NCBI GenBank assembly: GCA_002269645.1
Contig: NIVC01000992.1
Coordinates: forward strand, 372,001 to 436,000
Source: Macrostomum lignano
Lineage: Eukaryota
Direction of reading: 5' to 3'
DNA: 64,000 nt
This document shows, one piece after another, positions 47,080-59,599 of this stretch (position 1 is its first letter; each line of letters begins with the position of its first letter). Below the pieces are notes generated by a model that ran no database searches, was not told the DNA's origin, and was given only the letters and a program-made list of their open reading frames with translations. The position numbers and the translations under genes are program-made.

Positions 47080-47703
47080 ATGGGTCGGTCTAGCGACCTT
47101 CTGCAGCCGTCGGTGTCTTCAAGCCGCCATCGCCACCACCACCGTCGCCGCCGCCTCCAAAGTGTGGCGCCTCGCGTTGACACCGATGACTGCTCTGGCC
47201 AGTTGTACACAAACGATCATAAATTCATCGCCGAATTTATAAGAAATCAAAATCGACGACAACAGAAGCACAGCCGAGCCAAGTCAACGGCCGCTGTGTC
47301 TCCGAACGAACAAATCAATAATGTCAGAGCCAAATCTGTCGTTGGCATCAGCTCAGCTTGTCTCAACCGCCGATCCAGCCGTCACAAAATCGTCGACGAG
47401 GAGCAACAACAACAGGGCGAGGAAAACTGGTGGCGAAGCCGATGCTACAACTGCAACCACGAGCTGGTGCCGCCCGCCCTGCTCATCAACTGCCGCGGTC
47501 GTCGACGAAAGCAACAACTCCAGAAGCAGCAGCAAGGGGATCTGCAAGCCGATAAAAACTCGCAAATGGTGGCCAATGCCGTCTCGGGCACCGCTGATTC
47601 TAGCGGCCTCTGTCAGGCCATGCGCCTGGCCAACTGCAGCATGCTGCAGAAGCCAACAGTGATCATTGGCAGCAAGCAGCCAAAAGAGGCGGCCAATTGG
47701 TAG
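47080..47703 (+). CDS. Hypothetical low-complexity basic protein, 207 aa
   Basis: An ATG-initiated GC-rich ORF with composition like neighbouring exons (Q/S/R/H runs). No family was recognised. Confidence 0.4.
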   Translation: MGRSSDLLQPSVSSSRHRHHHRRRRLQSVAPRVDTDDCSGQLYTNDHKFIAEFIRNQNRRQQKHSRAKSTAAVSPNEQINNVRAKSVVGISSACLNRRSSRHKIVDEEQQQQGEENWWRSRCYNCNHELVPPALLINCRGRRRKQQLQKQQQGDLQADKNSQMVANAVSGTADSSGLCQAMRLANCSMLQKPTVIIGSKQPKEAANW

Positions 47704-49220
47704 GAAGAAAGCAGCAGCAGCAGCATCCTTCATGGCCTGACCTGCGATTGTTAACATGCTCCGTAACTGTATTCGTCAAAATGCGAAAGTTGTTGCTCAC
47801 ACACAGGCGACGAATATCGAGCCCTTACGTGTCGCGTTTCATCGGACGCTGCAAGTCTGAAAACACTATGAATTCGCTCTTTCCGTTCTAGCCAAACCAC
47901 GCCAGGCGCACCGTTCCATCCAACAGACAATTTTCTGTAAAAAATTGCGAACAATGCGGTCCGTTAATAAACAGTTTTTTTTCTTGTCACATTTGAAGAA
48001 AAATCTCCAGTAAAAAATCGTCTGGAATTTAAACCTGCCTTTGAGACTCTACTAAGCATTGAAATTGCAGGATTCATGTGGACTTGAGGCTTACGTTCTA
48101 AAAAAGCTTTGCTCATTAATCGCACAGATCGAACAGGTGAATGCTAATTTTACCTGGATTGACGATGCACGGTTAAGGGAACTAACTAACTAAATAAGTA
48201 ATACGGCGCCTCAGCCATTGAACAGGCTCTTACGCCACTAGAGAAATATTTGAGTTCCAGATAGGGAGTGTACTTATCTACACTAAAAGCCAAGTTAGAC
48301 TATAGAGGACTGTACAGGGCAGAATCATAAAAACCAAACCTCCCCGGGGGACAGTGACAGCGGTTCGACGAACCAGTCAGGGAGCCCGTGCCCAAAACCA
48401 GGTTAGATAGACCCTATAGCCTATTAGGGATGGCCCGAAGGCCTAGAGCCGTGGCAACCGTGCTGGGGCCGACCGCCCACCACCCCCGGGTACAATTCAA
48501 AAACCTCCCCGGGGCCAGAGGGGGTTGAGTGAACCAATCAGGGAAGCCCGTGCCTTCTCCAGGGTTAGAAAAGCCAAAAACCGGTCAATTGACCGCCCCC
48601 ACGGCCGTGGCGACCCGAAGGAGCCTGCCCCCAGCTAAACCCCGGGTACTCTTGCCAGACAGTCTCTTATCTTTGAAGCGGCAGGGCTATTCGCCGGGAC
48701 TATTTCACCCTTTGCTTCGCCAACCCGCCATTTCTATAGTGACCGTGACAACGGTCTCGTCCTGCTCAGACTCAGTCCTGGTTCTGGCACACTCCAGCTT
48801 TAATAGGGTCGCTGGCTGTACGCTCAGAGGGCGCCTGAGGGATACCGTCAGAGCACCTTGGTACAGGTATAGGCCTGCCTTCCTATACAGCTACCCACAG
48901 CCCTTCCCGATCCACTATTACCCTCCAACCCAGCCTACTCACTCATTACAAGCTTTCAGCCAGGCAGGGACAAGTTTCACAGGAGTGACTGCGGTTAGGC
49001 GTCTCTATGCGAGACAAAACCACGGCACGGTTAAGGGAAATAACGTGTAAATAGATCGTGTATTCTTGACGACGAACGAGTTTCTAAAGACTCACATCGT
49101 ATTTAGTTCGTTGTTTCCTACTACTAGTAGTAGTATCGATGCAAATATAGATATATTAGATATTCTCAACGATAAGTAATGATTTAAGTAGATAAACCAT
49201 GCATAGTTGAGCAGTTGAGA

Positions 49221-49520
49221 GGGGGTTGTAGCCTAGTGGTTAGAGCGTCGGACTCACGAATGAAAGGTCGGGGGCTCGAATCCCATTCCCCTGAAATAAT
49301 TTGTGTCCTTGAGCAAGTCATCTAACTCTGCATTGCTTCAGTTCACCCAGCTGTAAAATGGGTGCCAGCATTAGCTGGGGTAATTGAGGCTGTGTGGCGA
49401 CCCCCCAGTCCTTGGACTGAACAGCCGTACGCAGCCTTCAGATGCACCGCGCGATAGCTGTGGCTGAGCTGTCGGTTGCACATCTGCATGTTCATTAGGG
49501 CGCCTGTAATAAAAAAGAAA
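49221..49520 (+). mobile_element. tRNA-derived CORE-SINE, copy B (full-length head)
   Basis: Box A TAGCCTAGTGG and box B GGCTCGAATCCC are followed by TGTGTCCTTGAGCAAGTCATCTAAC..TCAGTTCACCCAGCTGTAAAATGGG (CORE-like) and an A-rich tail. A second copy lies at 11652-11940. Confidence 0.88.
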
Positions 49521-50943
49521 ATATCGACGTCAGGCAAGGTCTTCAGCTGTCGATTTTGTCTATTTCCATTAAGCTAGATGTTTTCCATCAGACGATATAG
49601 TGAAATAAAATCAATTTAATCTTGTCTAATAGCAGAACTGATTGTACTAGTTCACTACAGAGGTAAAAGTATTTTCCCCGATGCAGCTGAGCTAGCAGTA
49701 GGAATGCCAAGCCATTTTTCCGCCAGTCGAACTACCAAGAGGGGGGGGGAAATTCCCCCCCCCCCTGACAATTTTTTTTGCTGCGCCGGAACGGAGCAAC
49801 GCAGGCACACGAAATTCAAGAACACGGGCTAACTTTTTGTTGCGCACCTTCTCAAACAAGAATCAAGTCGCCAGCCCTTCGGACCGTCGAGATATTCGAC
49901 GATTCTGCCAGAAGGTCGGATTTTTCCCATAAGCGCCAGTGTATTCAGTTCACCCCTGTGCGTCAATTGGCACTGCGCCTCAGTGCAGCCTTGCCAAGTC
50001 TCCAAATTTCATCAGCACGTCGACCACATGTGTCTGCCTCAGTTCTGACTTCGTTGGTCACTAGACTTCACCCAGGTGGAGCTTCTGGACCCTCAAAAGG
50101 TGGCACCAGGTGACTATGGACATCCTGTTGCAAATGTCAGGTTTTTCTAATCAAGCTTCAATAATGGGCAAGCCTCACTGCTGGACATCCTCAGCTAGTC
50201 AATCAAGCATTCAGCCATCACCCCGACGCCGTCGGCACCTTCAACAGATGGCACCAGGGGAGTAAGGACAAAGAAAAGAAGGATAAGGAAAAGTATGAAA
50301 AATACTTTATTTAAATCTTATTTTCAAATAAGATTTAAATTAAGATTTCAGATTTAAAATTTTACAATTCGAGTCGAGTTATACAACTTGTTATTAGAAG
50401 TCTAAAACTTATCGGCTGAAAAGACACAGAGTATGTCTAAATGCAATAGTATTTATTAGTAGTTTATGCACACGCATGGCTCATGGTATTTATAGGAAGT
50501 CATATTATATCAGAGTCGAAACAAATACACTCGAGAATGTGGAGAGGGGGACAGCTATGAAGAAAATGAGCCTTTTCATTCGAAAAAAACAGAAAAGGAG
50601 AAGAACACTTCAGCGAATCTTGTCAACCAAGCGCACCTGGATCCAATTCAACGTGTGCCCACTCTTTTTACCTCATTTTATTGCCTCGGGGAAGGCCTGA
50701 GACTCGATCGATGGCCCCGACCCCATAATTAAATGCAGGAAAACCTTTCGAGCAAAGTGTATCGAGATTGTTCTCCGATAGGCCGGGGACAGGAAGTGGG
50801 ATGGGAGGAGTGGGATGAAGATGCCGCATTAGTTCGAAAGCTGCAGGGCTGGGGGATGTCAGTTGAAATTGATCCGACTTCGATCTCTGCGAATTTACTG
50901 TGTCTCCTGAGCCACTGACACTGATTCTCCATTTGGGAGTGAG

Positions 50944-51572
<629 letters not shown>

Positions 51573-52138
51573 TAAAAAAAGTTTGCTCAGTCACAACAGA
51601 ATTTTTCGATTCCATCAAAGATAGTATATAGATATTGCATTGCAGTTACTTACTCATAATTAGAAATATTTTTAATATGACTGGATATTTGAATCTTGTG
51701 CTAATTTTTTCTTGAAAGCAGCTTTATGTCAGCTATCTAACCACCCTTGTCCTGCCCCCTGCATTAGAGATTTATGTAGTGCATTTGTACCGTAACACTC
51801 AGCGAGCTCGGCAGATGAGGCATGCAGCCCATTAGCTTTCATTTGAGCTCTCTGAAAAAGCTGGCGACTTCTTAGAAAGTGCCCTCATTTGAGCGGCTTT
51901 ATTTGGACAGAAGGACGGCTCGATGATTACTCGATTTCAAGGTCTATCTGTCCGTTTGTTTCGTTCTCACGCCCACTTTTCATGGCCTTTTAATCTCGAA
52001 TGCGTAGGGATATCTTTCTAACTTTTTGTGTGCCGACCTGTCATACAAACAGTTCATTTTTTATCCGCTTTACCAGCAGCTACAGGTGTATTAAATGTCA
52101 GATGGTCAAATGAAGTGCCCATGGAGGTGGTAAGCCAT

Positions 52139-52423
52139 GGAGGCTGTAACCTAGAGCTGTCTGGCGCGACGCTCTGAAGTGCCAGCGGCCCAGGCTCGAT
52201 TCCAAGTGCAGTCACTTTAATTTGGGGCTGAATTGGAATCTCGGCTTGGCTCTGCTCGTACAATTAACGGCCTTGAGGAACAACCCCCAAGGTACAGTGA
52301 AGTGTACATGCCTAACGATAAATAAAGTTAGGGCCGCTGTACACTCCTGTGTGAGTGTATGCCTGCTCAGGGGAGTCGGCGGAATGGGCAGTAATGCTTG
52401 TGTGCCAATGTCGCTTAATGTCG
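52139..52423 (+). mobile_element. tRNA-derived SINE family 2, older diverged copy
   Basis: It aligns to the reverse complement of 19400-19740 (ccaggctcgattccaagtgcagtcac..aagtgtacatgcctaacgata..) with internal deletions. Confidence 0.82.
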
Positions 52424-52490
52424 AAAAGAATACTTCAAAAATCGAAAGAACGTTCTCAATTTTGTTTTTGCATTTCCTTTTTGTCTCACT

Positions 52491-52742
52491 TTGGAGTCCC
52501 AAATTCCGGACATTTTACAATCCCGGGATCCCGGACAAAAAATTGACCCAATCCCGGGATTGAACAAACAAATTTACGGGAAGCTTTCCATTGTCCACAA
52601 AACTAATTTCTCAACCAATCTGAGCATCGTTTCACGTTTGCAAAGTGTGAATTCCAATCCCATGTTTACCGGGATCCCGGACCCCTAATCCCGGGATCAA
52701 GAATACTAACAAAAAGCCGGGATCCCGGGATTAGGACCCCTA
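52491..52742. mobile_element. 252-bp hAT-type MITE with ATCCCGGGAT subterminal repeats
   Basis: Imperfect TIRs (ttggagtcccaaattccgg versus the reverse complement taggggtcctaatcccgg) are flanked by GTCTCACT and GTCTCACC, an 8-bp TSD with one mismatch. Confidence 0.75.
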
Positions 52743-53159
52743 GTCTCACCTTTTAAGCAAAACTGATAGCTTCGTGACATTTTGATTTTACTAAATTAGT
52801 GTCATTGTCCAATTCTTTATGGGCTGCAAATATGAGGGCAAAAAACACAGGGACTAGCAATCGTCTTCTTTGATGCAAAGTTGCTCAATTTAATTACCGT
52901 CCCACCTTGTTTTCTTGCTTGCCTTGTTTTCACTTTGTCCGAAATCTCTTTCCTCTTGCTTTTTCCTCTCCTATTGCTGCTCGGACTTCTACCCATAAGT
53001 GAGCTAAATTTAGCGTGCCAAGTCCTATGCTTTGCAAGCAAAGCCCGCTTTTATATGACTAGACGATAGCTATAGAAATTCAAGCGAATGCTGTTCAAAG
53101 AAAATTCAGAGCTTCTGACCTTTGATTAGAATACCGCGCCTTGTGTCGGATTTTGCGGT

Positions 53160-53625
53160 TGGGGCTGAGGGGTTGGGGGCTGAAGGGGTTGGGGCTGAGG
53201 GGTTGGGGGCTGAGGGGTTGGGGGCTGAGGGGTTGGGGCTGAGGGGTTGGGGGCTGAGGGGTTGGGGGCTGAGGGGTTGGGGCTGAGAGGTTGGGGGCTG
53301 AGGGGTTGGGGCTGAGGGGTTGGGGCTGAGGGGTTGGGGCTGAGGGGCTGGGGCTGAGGGGTTGGGGGCTGAGGGGTTGGGGCTGAGGGGTTGGGGCTGA
53401 GGGGTTGGGGCTGAGGGGTTGGGGGCTGAGGGGTTGGGGCTGAGGGGTTGGGGCTGAAGGGTTGGGGGCTGAAGGGTTGGGGGCTGAGGGTTGGGGGCTG
53501 AGGGGTTGGGGGCTGAGGGGTTGGGGGCTGAGGGGTTGGGGGCTGAGGGGTTGGGGGCTGAGGGGTTGGGGGCTGAGGGGTTGGGGGCTGAGGGGTTGGG
53601 GGCTGAGGGGTTGGGGGCTGAGGGT
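53160..53625. repeat. 15-16-bp G-rich minisatellite (gggggctgaggggtt)
   Basis: About 30 tandem copies. Confidence 0.95.
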
Positions 53626-56600
53626 CGGACGTATTTCAACTACTCCTAACTTCTCCACCAAGAATTTATACGCCCAGTCGAGTCAGCTCTTTTATAGCTC
53701 ACTTTGCATTAACTTCGGAGTGCCAAGTAGCGCTAGGGAAAGCAATTCCACTCGCGTCACAAAAATGACTAGCATTTGGTGCTTTTTATTTTAGCCACCA
53801 TTGAGAAAATAATGATGACCAGTACATCAGTAATTGAGTTTAGTCCGTTGAAAAGTAATATTGCCAGCATGCACTTCAGAATCGCAACTCAAAATGCGTT
53901 TTTGCAAGGTAGAAAATGCAGCTCTTCAGTAGTAGGATAAAAATCTATCGCAGTTCTGACTTCCGGATAGCCAGTCAATAGTTGGGTTCGAGGCATATTC
54001 GCAAGGTTATTAATTCAACTAATTGCAGACATGATTTACAGCATTATTTTATAGTTTGCTTCCTGCTTCCTCTCTGTATTAACAGATTTAGGTAGCAAAT
54101 CTTTGCTAGGCTTAAATTTTGCTAGCCAGAATAACATTAGAATGGACAGATTTTACCTTTATCTAAACCTCTGCTTAGGAAAAAAACCAGGAAATGGGAA
54201 ATTCTTTTTGCTACTCTTGCGCGTGCTATTTTTTGGGCCTCAAGAAATAAGAAACATGTACCGCTATGTACTTGATTTAAAAAAAGCTAAAACTGCGTTC
54301 ATGCAGCATAAAACGGTCGTTATGCGTCTAAGCTATTGAACTTTGACCCATGGTCGAGGATTGTTAATCATAATCACACTGACTGAGCTCGTACAAGGAA
54401 CCCCTACTTGCTTGCTGCGCTCCCCTTCCCCAGGAAGTGGCACTCAAATTTTGCTAGTACATCTGAGCGTCCCAGCAAAATAACTCTCGGTACGCTTCGT
54501 CCTCACATCCAGAAGTAGTAGAATGAACATTCTTATCGGCCAGTTAAAATCCAACTTCTCATTCACTTGCATTTCTTCAAGGTGTTTGATAGAAGGGTTC
54601 CATGTAAGAACGCGTTACCTTCGTCCTCTGTAAGATGTTGAAACTTTTCGGCAGCCAAATCTAGGCTTGATAGCAGATTGACTTCTGAATCTTCTTGATC
54701 TGTGTTAACTTCTCTGAACTGAACTCTTTTAGTGCTTTTAGTGTACAGCTAGCCTCAAACGTTGGGCTATAGACAAAGTAGCACTTCCAACCATAGACAG
54801 GTACAGTACAGTACGTAAGTTTTCGACTCGCTGCTTTCAGTTATGCATAAATTATTTTCCTCAATTCAATATGACTTCTATGATCCCTTCTCGATCTCGA
54901 AGTGTCAGGAGTTCCCTAGTGTTAGAAAGCGATAATCGGACTGAGTGGAAAAGTGGAAAAGTCCTATGGGGTACGTGTCTAGCGTTTTCCTTTTAGTGGC
55001 GGTAAAGACTCATTTTTATTCACAAAATATGACATTCTTGTTCTTCTGTTACGCTTCTGTTACGATTTTGGCCATAGACAAATGCACATTGCCCGGAATT
55101 TCGATAATTTAACTTGACATGTAGGCATCTGCTTAACGACACAAATTGCACTTAATTTCCTGCAGTGAAGGAGATTAGAGTTAGTTATGCATCTCTTAAG
55201 GCATGGCTTGGTCAAAATGAATTCAGTTTTTTAAGAGTTTAGCAACTCTCTGTCTTTAACTAGGCATTTCCCTAGTAAGCGTTCGACTAGGGAATAGGAG
55301 CTACATTTGGAGGATAGAGACCCCGGAAACAAGGTTTGGGAAACGCCCAAATTATGTTTAACCATGCACTAATCTACCGTGTTTCCTCATTGCTCCTCAT
55401 TGCCCTATTGATCTTATAATTCTTCTCATATTTCCTTCTAATCTACCCCCGTTACACTAATACTGTGTCCTACAGTGACCAGTCTATTCCCGAACTGAAG
55501 CAAACGGTACGGATTTCCTTTGAAGCTAATGTCTCTACGGTAAAACTGTTCTGGGTTGCCTGCCGGGTAACAGACGGATTGATAGTGACTTGTGGGGATT
55601 CTAAAACGGCATGAAATTAATGAGAGCTATACTGTACGATGTGTGTACTTTCATCATTTGTAATAAACTAGGAGTAATGTCGGTGCACCAAATTCTGCAA
55701 AGATACACATGTACTAAAACTTTGGTCTGGATCGGGATAAACCCTGGTGATTTTCTTAACCTCCATAACCTCTAGGATCTCCATATCATAGTTGTGTAAA
55801 TTTATCAGAGACATGAAAAATACATCCACGTGTTTACAGATTCAGAGCAGTCGAATACTTGTTACTAGAGTTGCAATTTAACTTAAAGTATAAATACACT
55901 CCACCAGGAACTAAAGTCAGACGTCAACTGAGCAGGGTAAGATTATCTGTTTCAAAAGTTGCGTTAGGCAATAATAAATAGGATCATTAAAAAGTGTTAA
56001 TCCTTACCCACTCACATCAAAAAGTTTAAACTCTTGAGAGTTAAGTAAAATTAGGCAACAATAAAAGCATCGCAAGCAACAAAACGTTTAATACGATCAA
56101 CTATTTGAGTAGCTATATAGAAACCAGTCTGGAGAATTGTTGATTGGTTCAAAAAAAGCAAACGGCAGCAGGTGATCGAAAAGACGTCTTACGCGATGAC
56201 GGGAAATTTCTGTCTGCTGATTCTGCCTCTCTTTGACTCCCTTAACTTTGCAACCGATTAATTCATGAATGATGGTCGCAGTTAACTCTCTATTCGACAT
56301 GTAACCTCGCGATCGTCGCTGGCTCTTCCATTCGTCATCGCCCACGCCTCATGCCTCACGCCTACCCTATAAAAGTTTATACGTCACAGACTAGCTTATA
56401 CTTCCATTATACTAAAATGGTTTGTCGGTATCTATCTACCTATCTATGTAATCGATTAGAGAAAAAATGGTTGTAAACTAAGACTTGGCGATGGATTTAC
56501 AAGCTAGTGGGATCTATTTATGATTAAAGTTTTAATTTTGTGATAAACTAATAATATGAAAGTAATATACAAGTAACCAACAAAGACTATTGCAATCCGA

Positions 56601-56746
56601 TGTCGGCGACATTTCTAACCTATATCGACGTTGTTACACCGACGTTCGGCCGACTTAGAATGTCGTCATCCGTCAATGTAGTGTAAAAATACCCATTTTC
56701 CAGCGACGTCCAACGACAGGTTGATAGTCAGTGTCTATGTGTTCGA

Positions 56747-57577
56747 CTACCGAAGATGTCCTCTGTAGCCGCCACCACCGATTGCTCCGCTACTGCCGGT
56801 GCCGCCACCCCCTACGCTGCCGCTGCCGCCACCATACCCACCACCAATTGCAGCGTTGTGCCGCGTGATGTAGCCAGCCAGAAAAGCGGACGGTATGCCC
56901 AGGCACAGATTGGAAATGACAACCACGCCTAGCACAGCAACAATGTCGGCATTGCAGTGCGCCAAATTCCAAGAGGCTGTCGCGTAGAACAGGACAAAAC
57001 TGGCCGCGTTCAGAAATACGGATCCGGCGGCCGAGATCAGAACCGATCGGGCGCAATTGACACCCAAACCCGGTAGTCGGTGACTGAACAGGCAGTGAAG
57101 AGCCAGGAATAGGTCCAGGAAGCCGGTGACCAGCCCTAGGCCAAGCTTGAGCCGCGTGCAGGGTGCGCACAGATTAGTGACCTCGCCGGCTAGACAGAGG
57201 CAGCCTTGTAGCGCTAAGAAAGCTCCGGAGATCAGCACCTTGTGATGGTCCGGACCCTTAGCTGGGGGCCGGCGGCTGTGCCGCATCTCCAGCTGCAGCA
57301 TGTGCACATTCTTGACGGAAGTTGCGCTAACCTCTTCCCGGCTAACCGGATGTCCGGTCGGTGCATTGGCAACAGCTGTTGATGAAGACGATACCTGCTG
57401 GTGATTTTGGCGCAGATGCGACAGTTGCTGGGAGGCGCTCATGGGTGCTGCCGCAGTGCCCGTGGAGCTGTTGTTATTGTTGCTGCTAGTCTGCTCAGCA
57501 CTGTTATGGTTAGCACTAGGCGGAGATGACGAGGAGATTGTAAATATGGGAGCGACGCGCTGTCCACCGCTTGGCAT
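56747..57577 (-). CDS. Four-pass membrane protein (CD20/MS4A-like topology) with a low-complexity N-terminus and Gly-rich C-tail, 276 aa
   Basis: A single ATG-initiated GC-rich ORF with four hydrophobic segments between residues ~113 and ~237. The family is suggested by topology only. Confidence 0.65.
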   Translation of the reverse strand: MPSGGQRVAPIFTISSSSPPSANHNSAEQTSSNNNNSSTGTAAAPMSASQQLSHLRQNHQQVSSSSTAVANAPTGHPVSREEVSATSVKNVHMLQLEMRHSRRPPAKGPDHHKVLISGAFLALQGCLCLAGEVTNLCAPCTRLKLGLGLVTGFLDLFLALHCLFSHRLPGLGVNCARSVLISAAGSVFLNAASFVLFYATASWNLAHCNADIVAVLGVVVISNLCLGIPSAFLAGYITRHNAAIGGGYGGGSGSVGGGGTGSSGAIGGGGYRGHLR

Positions 57578-57942
57578 TTGCTATGATTTGTCACCGGTTT
57601 GAATCTCTGCTGCCTAAAGTATAGGCCGGCTAATATGTTGACAACCCGGATGAACAGGCAGCTGAGGCCGTTTCGATTTTTTTAAATCCAAGAGTCTTGC
57701 GTGCAGATCCGGGGAGCGGAGTGGGTACAGGAACTATTATCCCATAGCTATATAGGGACTCTGAAAGAGGCTCGAGCAGTTTATAGAAGGGATCTCTGGG
57801 CGATCGTGACTGACGGGGGCAAGCACTGAGAAATAATGACGGGTTGGGGAGGGGGGATGGGGATCTGAATTCGCGAAGCCGGCCGATAATAACGGTTTGG
57901 GTAGAGCAAACCGACTCTGGATTGGCTGCATTTAGCCGTATT

Positions 57943-58318
57943 TAGTTATAGCTAAGCACCGACAACCCCCTGGGGGAAGGCAGGTGAGAGACGAACAGAC
58001 AGAAGAGAGGCTGAGATGAGAATGGAAGGTTTGGGAAGTGTTTCTGTGTCCACCCGTTTGAGAAAGTTCCAGAGTGAACTGGCTATATATGATTGCAGAA
58101 GCCAGGTTGAGACCACCTGCTGTTGTCTCTCAGGTTCGGTTAATCTCCTGTCAGTCAGCCGCAGTGCTGCCTACGGGAGAAACTGAAGCAGCGCCTTGAA
58201 GATTTTAGACTGTAATCAAGTGTCAGTCTGTGTTCCTTGGTGCTGTGTCCCGTTCGTGGTTGTTTATGAACTAATAAAGTTTCATATACTACTCCCGATT
58301 TTTCATTGTGCATTTACA
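57943..58318 (+). mobile_element. Probable solo LTR (Gypsy-like)
   Basis: It has a TATA-like CTATATAT at 58083, AATAAA at 58273, an end reading ..TTTACA, and TATT flanking both sides (4-bp TSD). The 5' end reads TAGTTA rather than the canonical TG. Confidence 0.45.
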
Positions 58319-59599
58319 TATTAAGCCAAGAAGTGTCTTAGTCCCATGGAGGAAAGAATCCTATTCTTTTCTATTCTATTCTATTCTTTCCTCCATGCTC
58401 AATCCACGAATTTATCATTATAAATCGGTTAGTCGTCTATGACCAAAGCTCATCTATTATATTTACACCACAGCATAGAGCATAGATCTTATATTCCCTA
58501 GATACGCCACCCAGCGACCACAAGCATACCCATAGAGCCTTTGTGTTTCTTGAAATAATTTAGCGACCACGGTATTAGGTCAGTACACGCTGTCCAGCTA
58601 GATGTTGGACTCCATCACATTTACATGCATGTGTGCTGCAGCCCTGAACACAGCTTCAGCTTCTCGAATTCAGCGCTATTTTGCCAATTTGTTTGATAGC
58701 AAAGCGCAAGGAAGCAAGGACTGGCGAACTCTGTGTCTGTTGCGAATATTTTTGCAACCACGGCAAAAATATGTCTATGTCCTTTTAAGCTACTGACCTC
58801 AAACGCTGTCGGCTTAATTAAATTTTTCTTTCAATTTGCGTGGTCGGTCTTTTCCTATTGAATGCATTGAGAGTGGCCCATCTAGGGAATATAAGATCTA
58901 TGGCATAACTCTAAGATAGGCCACTCAGTGGCACCCAGCCAAACCATTGATTCTATGGGAAATATTCCAAGAAGCGATGATTTCAGCTAGTTTTCAGTAG
59001 TTAATGCGCTTATGTGTCAGTAGCTGAAACGAGTATTAAACTATCTTTTTATTCAGCTGTTTCAGTGTAAGACTTGGGATGCTTTCTGCTGCTTCATTAA
59101 AAAAGACCAAAGCAACAGAACTCGTCCTAGTTGTCCCTGAATGCTTACTTGACTCATCGAGACCAATCCAAGTAAATAATTGGCAATTAAGTAAATTTTT
59201 CTCACCTTTCCATTTATTTGCAACCAGTCAAGTCAAAGCAAGTTATTTGCCGTGAAAATTGCAGTAGAGCTTACAGATAAACAGGTGTATCATCTCATGC
59301 TTTTGTTGCGATATAATTGCACCGTCTGAAGGAAAATAGGCTGGCTAAAATCGAATTTCCCTGTTTCTCTGCAGCTGCTGCATGTAGGCAGGCTAGGGCA
59401 AAATGATATATGTCGATTTCTATAATTATCATAGGCAGTGTTGTTTGAGAGGCGGCCTGTGTTCCGTCTTATTGCATGCATGCTACTTTGCAAGCAGTTG
59501 TTACTTCACTGAGAGCAAGAGTCGGCGAACATTTTAAATTCAATGGCCAGATATGCTTCAGTAGAACTCGGCGCAAGACTGCAGGCCAGCGAGGGGAGA

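Noticed and set aside
49221-49292. tRNA-Val(CAC)-like gene
   Set aside because: The acceptor and anticodon stems do not pair properly and the sequence continues into a SINE body present twice, so it is a SINE head. The same applies to the head at about 19670-19740.
54400-54735. Minus-strand acidic open stretch (RVQFREVNTDQEDSEV...)
   Set aside because: It is only about 55 codons with no start, splice support or recognisable motif.
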